A stretch of DNA of 64,000 bases, from assembly GCA_963836235.1 (NCBI GenBank), contig CAWIIP010000004.1, forward strand, positions 576,001 to 640,000. Reading direction: 5' to 3'. Below, piece by piece: positions 19,566 through 31,478 of the stretch (positions within the stretch are counted from its first letter, which is position 1; the number at the start of each line of letters is the position of its first letter). The position numbers were made by a program, and so were the translations under genes. The notes under the pieces are model-generated. The model was not told the DNA's origin. It worked only from the letters and a program-made list of their open reading frames with translations, and searched no databases. This DNA is from an uncultured Pseudomonadota bacterium (GTDB lineage: Bacteria > Oederibacteriota > Muellerivitia > Muellerivitales > Muellerivitaceae).

Positions 19566-22337
19566 TTACCGGATCACTAAAACGTTTAGAATTTTTGTGC
19601 TGGTGATTGTCCCTGTCACTTGAACTCGGACGTAATAAAACCCGTTGGCCACGGGGTTTCCCCAACTATCCAGCAGGTTCCAGTAGAAGATGCCATTGTT
19701 TCCGGGAATGGGCTGGGTATTGTCATAAACCTTTCGAAAGGCCGTGGTATAGATCGTCCAGTGGACTGTTGACCCGATGGGAGCCTGAATAGGAAACGAA
19801 AGGGGCCCCGTCCCGATCGGGTTGGGATAGGAGGGACCAATGGTAATGATTACGGGGGTGGCGATGGGAGTGACCGTCGCTGTGTGCGTAGGAGTTATGG
19901 TGGGTGTACTGGTAATTGTAGCGGTGGCGTTGGATGTGCCCGTGTTTGTGGGAGTAGTTGTAACTGTCTGAGTAGGGGTGGTGGTGGGTGTTAAGGTGAT
20001 CGTGGGTGTATTCGTGATACTAGGAGTGGGTGTGGGGGAAGGCCCAAATTTAAAGATAATAGTGTCCGGCTCCAGTCCGGTCCCGCCCCCGATGGTAAGC
20101 TGGATGGCGGTTGTCACCCCATTGGCGGAAAGTAAGTCGGTGGAGTTGCTTTCGCCGGCGATATAGATCCCCCCGTTCCCATCCAGGGCGATAGCGGCAG
20201 ACGGATCGTAGCCTGTGGGACCGCCGCCGCCCCCACCGGAACCTCCAAAGCAGGTGGAATAGACCAGATCGGTTCCCGTTGAGTTCAAATGGGTGACGAA
20301 GGCTTCGACGTTGTTTTCACTACTACTGTTGTGGGCTTCCACAAAATCCACGGCTGTGCCTGTGACCGGAAAGTCGTAACAGGTGGTGCCGCCCCCCACA
20401 TAGGCGTCGTTGTTTACGTCCACCGCAATGGCGCGACCAGTGCTGAAAAGGGGTGGAGCCGATGGGCCAATACTTCCACCCAGATAAGTGGAATAAACAA
20501 GGGATGTGCCTGTTGGGTTCATTTTGGTGATAAAAGCGTCATAAAGCACGCCTGAAGATAGGGAGGTTTGGTAAGCGCCGGTGGTGTAGGGAAATTGGGA
20601 GGAAAAAGTGAATCCTGTCACATAGGCGTTGCCTCCCCCATCCAAGGCAATTCCGTTGCCTTGGTCATAGTTTTCCCCTCCTAAGTAAGTGGAATAAACT
20701 AGCCCTGTTCCAGTAGCGTTTAATTTAGCCACAAAAGCATTTTGTGATGCCCCGGTAATCAAGTTTGCTTGAAAGGGAGTCCCGCCCCCGGCCACAGTTA
20801 CGGGGAAATTAGTCGAGGCGGTTTGCCCGGTTACATAAGAATTTCCGTTCGTATCCACAACGATGCTGTTGCCCGAATCAGGGCCATTTCCCCCCAGGTA
20901 GGTGGAGTAGACCAGGGAAGAGGTTCCACTTTTGGTAACGTCTAATTTGGAAATAAAGGCGTTAGTGGCTCCGGTAGTGCCGAGGATTGTTTGAAAGGCG
21001 CCGGTAGTTGTAGGGAAATTGGTCGAAGAGGTTTGTCCCGTTACGTAAACGAAATCCGACGGGTCTAAGGCCAGTCCGTAAGCGACGTCATCGCCGTTAC
21101 CCCCCAAAAAGGTGGAATAAAGTAACGTCGATCCTGTTGGATCTAATTCGGTGACATAGGCATCAAAACCCTGGTTCGGAGTAACTTGATAGGCATTGGG
21201 GGTGGTGGGAAAGGTATTGGAAACCAAAGTGGATGGGGCCTGAGTCGGCCCGTCCACATAACAATTACCACTCCCATCCACCGCGATGCCATAGTTAAAT
21301 TCCTGGTAGATTTGATTGCCGTTGCCTCCTAGGTATGTGGAATAAAGGAGGGCCGTTCCGGCTGAATTGATTTTGGCGACAAATGCATCGGGGTTTCCGA
21401 CATTGACAGTCTGGGCTGCGCCGGGAGTGACCGGAAAATCGATGGAATAGGTATGACCCGTGATAAAAGCCTCTCCTGCTGAATCTACGGCGATGCCGTA
21501 AGCGCCGTCATGGCTGCTGCCGCCCAGGTAAGTGGCATAGTCCAGGACCGGATCAATGACCAAAGGTCTGGTCTTATCGTAGGAAGGAACCTCAAAGCCC
21601 ACCTCTTTAGTCCCAGTTATCTTGTATCGGCCTTGGACAGGTTGGTGGATGAGTCCCTCATTTTGGTACAGGATGGGTGCTTTAAACACTATGTCACCCA
21701 TCGAAGTTTTCAGCGCTAAGCCGCCGTCAGCATTGATTTCCAGTGCTTCCATTCCCTCAAAGGATAAGCGGATGGCATTGATATTCGCCCCGGGTTGGGC
21801 TTTGAAGTCGTACTCCAAATGTCCCTGGTTACCGTAATATTCCATGTTTATTCCCGGATAGACTCCTTGTACTCCGACTCTAGCATACTGGGGGATATGG
21901 GTATGCCATTGGGCGGGCTGATTGCCGATGAAGTAATTGCTGATACCGGGAAGTTGTTCCAATCCTTCCGGGGAAAGATTGGAAAGGGCTCCCTCCAATT
22001 TCATCCTAAGAACGGCTGTTTGAATCGTCAGCGGTGACGAAACGGTCTTTTTCCGTGAAAATTTTACCGCAGGAGGAGAGGTAGAAAATTTTTGAAGCAC
22101 CAAAAGGGCATCCTGAGACGTCAGAAAAAGAGTGTAGCCGGGACCACGGGAAATAAACTTCGCCTGAGGGTCGGTCTGACCCTCATTGGGTTCAAAATAA
22201 AGCGGTAGTCGGCTGAGGAAAAATGATGGAGCGGGCTGAGAGGACGTTCCGTTTTGGGCACGATCTGTCGATGGTTGAAAAAAAAAGAAACTGAAAATGA
22301 ATCCGACCGTCCATATTAATTTTTTAAGAGACGGCAT
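19566..22337 (-). CDS. Secreted SBBP-repeat beta-propeller protein with Thr-Pro stalk and T9SS-like C-terminal domain
   Basis: LPLYFEPNEGQTD N-domain; repeated LxYSTYLGG..GxxIAVDxxGxxYVTGxT..FP; SYPNP..WNLLDSWGNPVANGFYY..VLVIR. Confidence 0.88.
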   Translation of the reverse strand: MPSLKKLIWTVGFIFSFFFFQPSTDRAQNGTSSQPAPSFFLSRLPLYFEPNEGQTDPQAKFISRGPGYTLFLTSQDALLVLQKFSTSPPAVKFSRKKTVSSPLTIQTAVLRMKLEGALSNLSPEGLEQLPGISNYFIGNQPAQWHTHIPQYARVGVQGVYPGINMEYYGNQGHLEYDFKAQPGANINAIRLSFEGMEALEINADGGLALKTSMGDIVFKAPILYQNEGLIHQPVQGRYKITGTKEVGFEVPSYDKTRPLVIDPVLDYATYLGGSSHDGAYGIAVDSAGEAFITGHTYSIDFPVTPGAAQTVNVGNPDAFVAKINSAGTALLYSTYLGGNGNQIYQEFNYGIAVDGSGNCYVDGPTQAPSTLVSNTFPTTPNAYQVTPNQGFDAYVTELDPTGSTLLYSTFLGGNGDDVAYGLALDPSDFVYVTGQTSSTNFPTTTGAFQTILGTTGATNAFISKLDVTKSGTSSLVYSTYLGGNGPDSGNSIVVDTNGNSYVTGQTASTNFPVTVAGGGTPFQANLITGASQNAFVAKLNATGTGLVYSTYLGGENYDQGNGIALDGGGNAYVTGFTFSSQFPYTTGAYQTSLSSGVLYDAFITKMNPTGTSLVYSTYLGGSIGPSAPPLFSTGRAIAVDVNNDAYVGGGTTCYDFPVTGTAVDFVEAHNSSSENNVEAFVTHLNSTGTDLVYSTCFGGSGGGGGGPTGYDPSAAIALDGNGGIYIAGESNSTDLLSANGVTTAIQLTIGGGTGLEPDTIIFKFGPSPTPTPSITNTPTITLTPTTTPTQTVTTTPTNTGTSNATATITSTPTITPTHTATVTPIATPVIITIGPSYPNPIGTGPLSFPIQAPIGSTVHWTIYTTAFRKVYDNTQPIPGNNGIFYWNLLDSWGNPVANGFYYVRVQVTGTITSTKILNVLVIR

Positions 22338-22487
22338 ATTTTCCTTCCGCTTATCGAATGCTGTTGCGGCCGCTTTTTAAAGCATCAGCAAAATTATTTC
22401 CAAGGTCCAGAATCATATCACCGAATGAGTTCCCACCGTTCTTTGCGAATCCTAAGAAATCGTCCGCTTTTTAGAACCCACCGAGGT

Positions 22488-22504
22488 GTAAAGAATAGGT
22501 AAAG
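22488..22504 (-). promoter_or_regulatory. CTTTAC-N5-CTTTAC box oriented toward the SBBP gene
   Basis: GTAAAG-AATAG-GTAAAG on the + strand. Confidence 0.45.
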
Positions 22505-22651
22505 ACAGATGCAATAAGATTTCCAAAAAAAGCGCTTTTTCGAGGATGGAAAATTTTATCTAACTTGTTAGACAAAAAATGGGTTAAAAGCCAAAACGAA
22601 AATCGTTTTCCGTGGCTGATGAGCGGCTTGAACCGGTTCAATTGAAATTTT

Positions 22652-22668
22652 CTTTACTGCTTCTTTAC
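22652..22668 (+). promoter_or_regulatory. CTTTAC-N5-CTTTAC box upstream of the giant repeat protein
   Basis: CTTTAC-TGCTT-CTTTAC. Confidence 0.5.
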
Positions 22669-22779
22669 CGGGTTAAGAATCAGATTTTTTTAAATTGATG
22701 TAAGATTTCTAATCAACAATTTTTTTAGTGTGTAGAAAAAATATCTAAAACCGATTTGAGATTGTTTACAAGGCGATCA

Positions 22780-25700
22780 ATGTTTTTCAAAAAGAAATCA
22801 AAAATTGTATCTTCTGAAAGCGAAAACTTTTCCAAAAATTGTTTTTTTTTAATGACAATTCCGAAAAGCCGAAAATCGTTCTCCGGGATTTTCCCGAAAC
22901 ACCAAATAAATTTTAAGAAATATCCTTTTTTATTTCTGTATTCTTCTATGCTCTGCTTCTCCTTTGTTGGTGTTGGTCATGCTTGGACAAACGGCAGTTT
23001 TACGGCCGGGTTGACGGGCTGGACGACTTCCTTTGCCAACCCCGGACTTGCCAATGGTTGTACTAATCCTTCGGCGACAGTAGTCAACGCGACTACGGTA
23101 TCGGCTAAAGGCGCAGGTGTTGTTCCCAACTCCGATGGCTTACTTCCAAACCACCCGGCCTGTAGCCCGGACGCAGTCCAGCTTTGGCCGTCCCACGGGG
23201 AAGCTAACCACGGAGATTGGGTCCAAATCCAGCAAACCGATACGGTACCTACCAACGGCAACACTTGTTTCACTTTCTGGTTCGCTGGTGTCTTTGAAAA
23301 CTATCATTATTTACAGGGACAAACCGCTAATAATTCTGACAGTTATCTACTTGTCAACATGATCGTCGGTGGGGCAGTGGTGGCTTCGCTCAACTATAGT
23401 TGGGAAACAACACTTCCTCAAATTATTCAACTTACCAATGCCCAAGTTCCCGCCGTCGGGGACGGTACCGTTTGCGACATCAACGGAACCCCCAACAATT
23501 GGGGTTACGTACCTTGGACCGAGTACGAAATCAACCTTTGCCAATATGCCGGGCAACAAGTGACCTTCCAGGCCACTTTTTATGATTGCGATATGGGCGG
23601 CCATTATGGCTTTGGGAATATCAGTTGCCTTAACTGGAATTCCTGCCCTCCGCCCGCGATGAAAATCACCAAGGCAAATACACCTTCGGGCTTAGTGAGC
23701 GCAGGGCAGACCATCACTTACACCATCAACTATTCGAATGCCGGAACCGGCCCCGCGGACGGAGTCGTCATTAACGACACGATTCCCAATGGGACAACTT
23801 TTGTGCCGGGATCGATGACGAGTAATCCTATTGCCTTTTTTACTAATCAAGTAGGGAACGACCTCATTTGGGACGTGGGATATGTGGCGGCCGGAGCCAC
23901 CGGCAGCCTTTCTTTCAAAGTAACGGCCCCTGATAGTCAATGCGTGACTTTCACCAATGTCGCGGCGGAGACGGATCTCACCGTGGCTTGCGGGACTACA
24001 CCACCTCTCTCCAATCCCGTGACAAATTGGCTGGGTGGATGTACACCGACGCCTTTGCCTACCCATACCGCAACGGATACGACAACAGCTACGAGTTCGC
24101 CAACACCCACACATACTCACACCGCTGTTGCTACCGCTACGAGTACAGCGACGACAACGGATACGAATACAACTACAAATACGCCTACAAACACACATAC
24201 TGTTACCCCCACTCCTTCTCCAACTGCAACCAATACTCCGACCAATAGTCCTACGCCCACCAACACTAATACCGATACCGCAACGCCGACAAACACGCCT
24301 ACAATCACCAATACACCTACTCCCACGAATACCCCACTACCAACCAATACACCCACGAATACCAATACCGCTTTAAGTACCGCAGTGGCTTCTGCTGTGA
24401 CGGGGCCTAGTGCTACGCCCACCATTGATCCCACACCCGTGAATACGATTTCATCCACGGCCGTAACAGGGCCTAGCGATACACCGACAATAGACCCGAC
24501 ACCGGCTAATACAATTGTGTCTACGGTTGGAACGGGTCCAACCAATACACCGACGATAGACCCCACGCCAGCGAATACGGTAGTGTCCACGGTAGGGACG
24601 GGACCGACGAATACACCAACGATAGACCCGACACCGGCGAATACAGTGGTGTCCACAGTCGGGACAGGACCGACGAACACACCGACGATTGATCCGACGC
24701 CAGCAAACACAGTGGTGTCTACGGTGGGTACAGGACCGACGAACACGCCGACAATAGACCCCACGCCAGCGAATACGGTAGTGTCCACGGTAGGGACGGG
24801 TCCAACCAGCACACCGACGATAGACCCGACACCGGCGAATACAGTGGTGTCCACAGTTGGGACAGGACCGACGAACACACCGACGATTGATCCGACTCCA
24901 GCAAACACAGTGGTGTCTACGGTGGGTACAGGTCCAACCAATACACCGACGATAGACCCCACGCCAGCGAATACGGTAGTGTCCACGGTAGGGACGGGAC
25001 CGACGAATACACCAACGATAGACCCGACACCGGCGAATACAGTGGTGTCCACAGTTGGGACAGGACCGACGAACACACCGACGATTGATCCGACTCCAGC
25101 AAACACAGTGGTGTCTACGGTGGGTACAGGTCCAACCAATACACCGACGATAGACCCCACGCCAGCGAATACGGTAGTGTCCACGGTAGGGACGGGACCG
25201 ACGAATACACCAACGATAGACCCGACACCGGCGAATTCGACTGTGTCTACGGTCGGGACGGGTTCAACTAGCACACCGACGATAGACCCCACCCCGGCAA
25301 GTACAACGGTTTCAACGGTAGGGACAGGGCCTACCAATACGGCGACTATTGATCCGACACCGGCGAATTCGACTGTGTCTACGGTCGGGACGGGTTCAAC
25401 CAGCACACCGACGATAGACCCCACCCCGGCAAGTACAACGGTTTCAACGGTAGGGACAGGACCTACTAATACAGCGACCGTTGATCCGACACCGGCGAAT
25501 ACGACTGTGTCTACGGTCGGGACGGGTCCAACCAACACGCCTACGGTTGATCCGACGCCAGCGAGCACAACGGTTTCAACGGTAGGGACAGGACCTACTA
25601 ATACAGCGACCGTTGATCCGACACCGGCGAATACGACTGTGTCTACGGTCGGGACGGGTCCAACCAGCACACCGACGATAGACCCCACGCCAGCAAGTAC

Positions 25701-28623
25701 AACGGTTTCAACGGTAGGGACAGGGCCTACCAATACGGCGACTGTTGATCCGACACCGGCGAATACGAGCGTGTCAACAGTCGGGACACACTCTACTAAT
25801 ACGCCGACGATTGACCCTACGCCAAAGAGCACAAGCGTTTCCACGGTCGGGACAGGACCTACTAATACAGCGACCGTTGATCCGACACCGGCAAATACGA
25901 CTGTGTCTACGGTGGGAACGGGTCCAACCAACACGCCTACGATTGATCCGACGCCAGCGAGCACTACGGTTTCAACGGTCGGGACAGGGCCTACCAATAC
26001 GGCGACTGTTGATCCGACACCGGCGAATACGGTAGTGTCCACGGTAGGGACGGGACCGACGAATACACCAACGATAGACCCGACACCGGCGAATACAGTG
26101 GTGTCCACAGTCGGGACAGGACCGACGAACACACCGACGATAGACCCCACGCCGGCAAGTACAACGGTTTCAACGGTAGGGACGGGATCTACTAATACAG
26201 CGACCGTTGATCCGACACCGGCGAATACGACTGTGTCTACGGTGGGAACGGGTCCAACCAACACACCTACGATTGATCCGACGCCAGCGAGCACTACGGT
26301 TTCAACGGTCGGGACAGGACCGACGAACACACCGACGATAGACCCCACGCCGGCAAGTACAACGGTTTCAACGGTAGGGACGGGACCTACTAATACAGCG
26401 ACCGTTGATCCGACACCGGCGAATACGACTGTGTCTACGGTGGGAACGGGTCCAACCAACACACCTACGATTGATCCGACGCCAGCGAGCACTACGGTTT
26501 CAACGGTCGGGACAGGACCGACGAACACACCGACGACAGACCCCACCCCAGCAAGTACAACGGTTTCAACCGTAGGGACAGGACCTACTAATACAGCAAC
26601 CGTTGATCCGACACCGGCGAATACGACTGTGTCTACGGTTGGAGCGGGTCCAACCAACACGCCTACGATTGATCCGACGCCAGCGAGCACTACGGTTTCA
26701 ACGGTCGGGACGGGACCGACGAATACACCGACGATAGACCCCACGCCAGCAAGTACAACGGTTTCAACGGTAGGGACAGGGCCTACAAATACCCCGACCA
26801 TCGATCCGACTCCGGAAAGTACTGGTATCTCTACAGTTGGAACGGGTCCAACCAACACGCCGACGATTGATCCAACGCCGGCGAGTTCCACGGTTTCAAC
26901 AGTTGTAACTGGGCCTAGTAACACGCCGACGATTGACCCGACGCCAGTGAACACGTCCATATCCACGGTTCAAGCGGGCCCTACCGATACACCCACCATT
27001 GACCCCACACCGGTGAACACCATCATATCCACGGTTGTGACGGGGCCAAGCGCGACTCCTACGATTGATCCCACGCCCGTGAACACGATTTTATCCACTG
27101 TTGGGGCTGGGCCAACGAATACCGTTACTAACACCTTTACCCCAATGAACACCCCGACGGTTACTAACACTCACATCCCCACAAGCACACCTATCGCTAC
27201 TAATACGGCGACGGCTTCGGGAACGGATACGGCCACACGGACCTACACGGATACGACTACTCCCACATCCACTTTTACCATTACCGGTACATCTACCATT
27301 ACTTTTACTGCGACACCGACCCCGTCTTTCGAAGTTACCATGAATAAAAAGGTTTCTTCATCTACAGCGGAGTCGGGGAACATCCTGACTTATTTCTTGA
27401 ACCTAGTCGTGACGGGGAATACGGCTTTCGGAGTGGTCGTGACGGACACCCTTCCGGCCAATGTGACTTACGTTGGCTCCGGGCCCAACAACCCCTCAAG
27501 CCTCCCCGCACCGGTGGTGAATACCGCTGTGGATCAATTGACTTGGGCATTGCCTCCCCTCAATCCAGGGACTTACCAGCTTAGATATCAAACCCAAGTT
27601 AATAATTTCCTGGCGAATGGGACCCAAATCCTTAACCAAGCGGTCATGACCTATCCGGGATCGGTTCCGGTGACGAGCGTGGTGCCCGTGGTGGTGGTGG
27701 CCAATGACGTCGTGATCATCGCGGTGTACAACGAGGCGGGTGAACTGGTGAATCAGATATACACGAATAACGAATCCCAACCCCTCCAGACCGTTTCTAT
27801 CGGAGGCAACAGCGACGTGACGTCCATCAACGGCCCGGGCGGGGCGGTAACGGTTTATTACGCGGGCACGGCGGTCGCGGTTTGGAACGGGGCTAATGCC
27901 AACGGAACGCCGGCTTCCAATGGCACCTACTTCCTTAAAGTGGACAATATCAACAGTACCGGCGCTGTATCCAGCGAGACTCTTCCAGTGGTCGTAACCA
28001 GGACTCTTTATGAGATCACCACACTGATCTACAACGAAGCAGGGGAAGTGGTAAAGCACCTTTATTCTTACGTTTCAAACCTTGGGGAGGCTTCCGTATC
28101 GAGCATAAGCCTTTCCGCTTCGACGATAGACCCGTCTGCGGCGGGCACGGGCACTGTGCCATCCCAATTGAATATTTTATTAAGCAATGGGACCACGATT
28201 ATTTGGGATGGGACGAGTGATAATGGAAACTTCGTGCAAAACGGCCAGTATCTTGTGGAGGTCCATAGCCAAAATGGAACCGGGCCGGGGGCTGTTATGG
28301 TCAAACAGGTGTCAGTGGAAGATCTTAATGCCTCCGCTGGCGCGGGTGTGGTGACCGCTTGGCCCAACATTTTGAAGACTTCCAATGGGCCTATGGTTAC
28401 GACTTTCCATACAAACTCCTCCCTAAACCTGACTTTGAACGCGTCCATTTATACGGTAGCGGGTGAGCTGGTTCATGTGAGCAATGGAAGTCAAGGTGGC
28501 AATCAGGTCACATGGGATGCCACCTGGCTGGCCAGTGGAATCTATATCGCGGTAGTGGAAGAGCTGGATTCCAGCGGCGGAGTACTGAGCCGCCAGACGG
28601 TCAAGCTTGCGATAATTCGTTAA
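22780..28623 (+). CDS. Giant secreted surface protein: Cys-rich N-domain, DUF11, 41 x 22-aa repeat stalk, second DUF11, three FlgD-Ig-like domains
   Basis: Long signal peptide ending GHA-W; [14 protein letters not shown] (DUF11); repeat [22 protein letters not shown]; three IY/VY..AGE..W(N/D)..(N/S)G.Y modules. ATG 22780 preferred over TTG 22756. Confidence 0.85.
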   Translation: MFFKKKSKIVSSESENFSKNCFFLMTIPKSRKSFSGIFPKHQINFKKYPFLFLYSSMLCFSFVGVGHAWTNGSFTAGLTGWTTSFANPGLANGCTNPSATVVNATTVSAKGAGVVPNSDGLLPNHPACSPDAVQLWPSHGEANHGDWVQIQQTDTVPTNGNTCFTFWFAGVFENYHYLQGQTANNSDSYLLVNMIVGGAVVASLNYSWETTLPQIIQLTNAQVPAVGDGTVCDINGTPNNWGYVPWTEYEINLCQYAGQQVTFQATFYDCDMGGHYGFGNISCLNWNSCPPPAMKITKANTPSGLVSAGQTITYTINYSNAGTGPADGVVINDTIPNGTTFVPGSMTSNPIAFFTNQVGNDLIWDVGYVAAGATGSLSFKVTAPDSQCVTFTNVAAETDLTVACGTTPPLSNPVTNWLGGCTPTPLPTHTATDTTTATSSPTPTHTHTAVATATSTATTTDTNTTTNTPTNTHTVTPTPSPTATNTPTNSPTPTNTNTDTATPTNTPTITNTPTPTNTPLPTNTPTNTNTALSTAVASAVTGPSATPTIDPTPVNTISSTAVTGPSDTPTIDPTPANTIVSTVGTGPTNTPTIDPTPANTVVSTVGTGPTNTPTIDPTPANTVVSTVGTGPTNTPTIDPTPANTVVSTVGTGPTNTPTIDPTPANTVVSTVGTGPTSTPTIDPTPANTVVSTVGTGPTNTPTIDPTPANTVVSTVGTGPTNTPTIDPTPANTVVSTVGTGPTNTPTIDPTPANTVVSTVGTGPTNTPTIDPTPANTVVSTVGTGPTNTPTIDPTPANTVVSTVGTGPTNTPTIDPTPANSTVSTVGTGSTSTPTIDPTPASTTVSTVGTGPTNTATIDPTPANSTVSTVGTGSTSTPTIDPTPASTTVSTVGTGPTNTATVDPTPANTTVSTVGTGPTNTPTVDPTPASTTVSTVGTGPTNTATVDPTPANTTVSTVGTGPTSTPTIDPTPASTTVSTVGTGPTNTATVDPTPANTSVSTVGTHSTNTPTIDPTPKSTSVSTVGTGPTNTATVDPTPANTTVSTVGTGPTNTPTIDPTPASTTVSTVGTGPTNTATVDPTPANTVVSTVGTGPTNTPTIDPTPANTVVSTVGTGPTNTPTIDPTPASTTVSTVGTGSTNTATVDPTPANTTVSTVGTGPTNTPTIDPTPASTTVSTVGTGPTNTPTIDPTPASTTVSTVGTGPTNTATVDPTPANTTVSTVGTGPTNTPTIDPTPASTTVSTVGTGPTNTPTTDPTPASTTVSTVGTGPTNTATVDPTPANTTVSTVGAGPTNTPTIDPTPASTTVSTVGTGPTNTPTIDPTPASTTVSTVGTGPTNTPTIDPTPESTGISTVGTGPTNTPTIDPTPASSTVSTVVTGPSNTPTIDPTPVNTSISTVQAGPTDTPTIDPTPVNTIISTVVTGPSATPTIDPTPVNTILSTVGAGPTNTVTNTFTPMNTPTVTNTHIPTSTPIATNTATASGTDTATRTYTDTTTPTSTFTITGTSTITFTATPTPSFEVTMNKKVSSSTAESGNILTYFLNLVVTGNTAFGVVVTDTLPANVTYVGSGPNNPSSLPAPVVNTAVDQLTWALPPLNPGTYQLRYQTQVNNFLANGTQILNQAVMTYPGSVPVTSVVPVVVVANDVVIIAVYNEAGELVNQIYTNNESQPLQTVSIGGNSDVTSINGPGGAVTVYYAGTAVAVWNGANANGTPASNGTYFLKVDNINSTGAVSSETLPVVVTRTLYEITTLIYNEAGEVVKHLYSYVSNLGEASVSSISLSASTIDPSAAGTGTVPSQLNILLSNGTTIIWDGTSDNGNFVQNGQYLVEVHSQNGTGPGAVMVKQVSVEDLNASAGAGVVTAWPNILKTSNGPMVTTFHTNSSLNLTLNASIYTVAGELVHVSNGSQGGNQVTWDATWLASGIYIAVVEELDSSGGVLSRQTVKLAIIR
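24427..27080 (+). repeat. In-frame coding tandem repeat, 66-bp unit, ~41 copies
   Basis: First and last DPTP codons at 24427 and 27067 are exactly 40 x 66 bp apart; 198-bp and 132-bp higher-order blocks visible. Confidence 0.92.
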
Positions 28624-28893
28624 GGGTCGAGTTTATAAAAGATTGCTCTCGATTTTTTTTAGACAGCTTTCACGGTGAATTTCAGGATAGCTTTTTTCGT
28701 CATACTCTTAAGGTTGGTTGAGATATTTCCGAAGTTTCCATGCACCTGCCTTCCTAGTGACTCGCAAGCGATTGGTCGATTATGCGTTCCAAAAACACTG
28801 CAACTTGTTCGTATAAAATGTGGCCCATGTCTTGAAACCGCTTTCACTCCTAATGCAAATCCGTTAAAAAGCGATTCCCTCGAAAATTGTTTG

Positions 28894-28931
28894 CTTTACT
28901 GTTTCTTTAACGCTTCTTTACCCCGCTTTAA
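28894..28931 (+). promoter_or_regulatory. Tandem CTTTA(C/A) boxes upstream of 29003
   Basis: CTTTAC, CTTTAA, CTTTAC, CTTTAA ending at 28899, 28910, 28921, 28931. Confidence 0.55.
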
Positions 28932-29002
28932 GCTTAAATTTTTTAGATTGTGATAACGTTCAATTAATAAAGATCGCAAATAAGTCGGCTTAGAGGTGAT
29001 GA

Positions 29003-31204
29003 GTGTTCTTCGAAAAGAAACTAAAAACGATTGTCACTGATTTCAAAAAGATCTCGGAGAAACGTTCTCCGTCTTTATTTAGCGGCTCCAAGTCAAACTC
29101 TTTTGGTTTCTTGCAAGGACAACCGATTCTTGAAAGAAATTCTTCTTTAAGATTTGTGCTCTTCCTTATTTTGTTTTTGGCTTCTACTGGAATTGGCCGC
29201 GCCTGGACTAACGGTAACTTTACCGCCGGGTTGACGGGCTGGACGACTTCCTTTGCCAACCCCGGACTTGCCAATGGTTGTACTAATCCTTCGGCGACAG
29301 TAGTCAACGCGACTACGGTATCGGCTAAAGGCGCAGGTGTTGTTCCCAACTCCGATGGCTTACTTCCAAACCACCCGGCCTGTAGCCCGGACGCAGTCCA
29401 GCTTTGGCCGTCCCACGGGGAAGCTAACCACGGAGATTGGGTCCAAATCCAGCAAACCGATACGGTACCTACCAACGGCAACACTTGTTTCACTTTCTGG
29501 TTCGCTGGTGTCTTTGAAAACTATCATTATTTACAGGGACAAACCGCTAATAATTCTGACAGTTATCTACTTGTCAACATGATCGTCGGTGGGGCAGTGG
29601 TGGCTTCGCTCAACTATAGTTGGGAAACAACACTTCCTCAAATTATTCAACTTACCAATGCCCAAGTTCCCGCCGTCGGGGACGGTACCGTTTGCGACAT
29701 CAACGGAACCCCCAACAATTGGGGTTACGTACCTTGGACCGAGTACGAAATCAACCTTTGCCAATATGCCGGGCAACAAGTGACCTTCCAGGCCACTTTT
29801 TATGATTGCGATATGGGCGGCCATTATGGCTTTGGGAATATCAGTTGCCTTAACTGGAATTCCTGCCCTCCGCCCGCGATGAAAATCACCAAGGCAAATA
29901 CACCTTCGGGCTTAGTGAGCGCAGGGCAGACCATCACTTACACCATCAACTATTCGAATGCCGGAACTGGCCCCGCGGACGGAGTCGTCATTAACGACAC
30001 GATTCCCAATGGGACAACTTTTGTGCCGGGATCGATGACAAGTAATCCTATTGCCTTTTTTACTAATCAAGTAGGGAACGACCTCATTTGGGACGTGGGA
30101 TATGTGGCGGCCGGAGCCACCGGCAGCCTTTCTTTCAAAGTAACGGCCCCTGATAGTCAATGCGTGACTTTCACCAATGTCGCGGCGGAGACGGATCTCA
30201 CCGTGGCTTGCGGTACCACCCCGCCTCTCTCCAATCCCGTGACAAATTGGCTGGGTGGATGTACACCGACGCCAATACCAACTCACACCGCCACTACGGC
30301 TTTCACCTCTACACCCTCCCATACACCCACCGTGCCACCCACTGCCACCGCCACCACGGTTTTCACCACCACTCCGACCAATACACCTACTCCACAACCC
30401 ACTGCCACGGCTATTGCGCATGCTCCCACCTCGACACCCACCAATACCTTTACGGCTCTAAGCACCAATGTGGCTACCGCCGTGGCGCAGCCTAGCAACA
30501 CACCTACCGTTGATCCGACACCAATGAACACAGTTGTTTCCACGGTAGTGGCGGCCGCAACCCCAACACGCATTCCTAGAGAGGATTGGCCGACCTACGT
30601 GGCAACCGCCTTGGCTGCTGCGACCGAGACTCCAGTAGATCCCTTTAGAAGGCATTGGCCGGATATATGGGCCACGGCGGTGGCGGCGCTCACGGCGACC
30701 CCTACCAATACCTTTACGCCGTCAACGCCTATCGTAGCCACGGCTGTAGTGGCGTCTACGATGACTCCTACGAATACTTTTACCCCGTCAACGCCTATCG
30801 TGGCCACTGTCGTAGCGGGAGCCTCGATGACTCCTACCCTTACTTTTACGCCGGTAACGCCGATCGTGGCTACCGCGGTGGCGGCGGTGGCTCACCAAGG
30901 GAGTCACAACAACATTTCCGGCCCCGGCGCGGTGACCGCATGGCCGAACATTTTAAAGGCTTCCAGCGGATCAATGGTGACAACGTTCCATACGGACTCA
31001 TCCTTCAGCCTAACTTTGAATGTGTCCATTTACACGATAGCGGGTGAGCTGATTCAGGTGATTGACGGAAGCCAAGGAAGCAACCAAGCTACCTGGAACG
31101 CGACCGGGCTTGCCAGTGGAGTCTATTTAGCGGTCGTGGAAGAAATGGACGCGAATGGCGGCTTGCTGAGCCGGCAGACCGTCAAGATCGCGGTGATCAA
31201 ATAA
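29003..31204 (+). CDS. Short paralog of the giant surface protein (same N-terminal domains, short stalk, one C-terminal domain)
   Basis: ~350 aa identical to the 22780 protein; ends AWPNIL..IYTIAGEL..LASGVY..VKIAVIK. Confidence 0.85.
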   Translation: MFFEKKLKTIVTDFKKISEKRSPSLFSGSKSNSFGFLQGQPILERNSSLRFVLFLILFLASTGIGRAWTNGNFTAGLTGWTTSFANPGLANGCTNPSATVVNATTVSAKGAGVVPNSDGLLPNHPACSPDAVQLWPSHGEANHGDWVQIQQTDTVPTNGNTCFTFWFAGVFENYHYLQGQTANNSDSYLLVNMIVGGAVVASLNYSWETTLPQIIQLTNAQVPAVGDGTVCDINGTPNNWGYVPWTEYEINLCQYAGQQVTFQATFYDCDMGGHYGFGNISCLNWNSCPPPAMKITKANTPSGLVSAGQTITYTINYSNAGTGPADGVVINDTIPNGTTFVPGSMTSNPIAFFTNQVGNDLIWDVGYVAAGATGSLSFKVTAPDSQCVTFTNVAAETDLTVACGTTPPLSNPVTNWLGGCTPTPIPTHTATTAFTSTPSHTPTVPPTATATTVFTTTPTNTPTPQPTATAIAHAPTSTPTNTFTALSTNVATAVAQPSNTPTVDPTPMNTVVSTVVAAATPTRIPREDWPTYVATALAAATETPVDPFRRHWPDIWATAVAALTATPTNTFTPSTPIVATAVVASTMTPTNTFTPSTPIVATVVAGASMTPTLTFTPVTPIVATAVAAVAHQGSHNNISGPGAVTAWPNILKASSGSMVTTFHTDSSFSLTLNVSIYTIAGELIQVIDGSQGSNQATWNATGLASGVYLAVVEEMDANGGLLSRQTVKIAVIK
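29225..30273 (+). repeat. Near-identical copy of 23005..24053 (offset 6220 bp)
   Basis: Direct comparison shows only about six synonymous differences, near the 3' end. Confidence 0.93.
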
Positions 31205-31295
31205 AGCCTAATGGATTTCAATGTCCAGGGCGGACTCAAACGGGTTTCGTCCCCTCGTAAAGTTTCACGGGTTCCGATAAACCTTTCAGGGGGAC
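31197..31295 (+). repeat. Direct repeat copy A of 44084..44182 (decayed 3' end of the cyclase gene)
   Basis: 89/99 identical by manual alignment; minus strand reads PVPLKGLSEPVKLYEGTKPV* versus PVPLKGFSEPVKLYEVTKLG*. Confidence 0.88.
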
Positions 31296-31380
31296 AGGGC
31301 CCCGGACGCCCCCACCAGCCCAAAATCGGTCAAAAAATGTTCAGCTCTTGTTAAATTTCGCCTGTCGCCGGTTTTTTTAT

Positions 31381-31410
31381 TTGACCCTCCCCATTTCACC
31401 CGCCTAGAAT
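31381..31410 (+). promoter_or_regulatory. Sigma70-like promoter for the ParB-like gene
   Basis: TTGACC-N18-TAGAAT, with AGGAGG RBS before 31479. Confidence 0.45.
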
Positions 31411-31478
31411 TTATTCCAGCCGCCATTCTCCGCGCCTTCGCGCCGGATTTTGGCTACCGTCCACTTTCAGGAGGCCCT

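Noticed and set aside
24117-26966. 949-aa minus-strand ORF, and similar Val/Gly-rich antisense ORFs over other Thr-Pro stalks
   Set aside because: Antisense shadow of ACN/CCN codon repeats, which lack stops on the reverse strand; no independent RBS or domain
24427-27080. Regular ~66-bp periodicity suggesting a CRISPR array
   Set aside because: No constant repeat with unique spacers; variation is mostly at third codon positions inside an ORF; no cas genes
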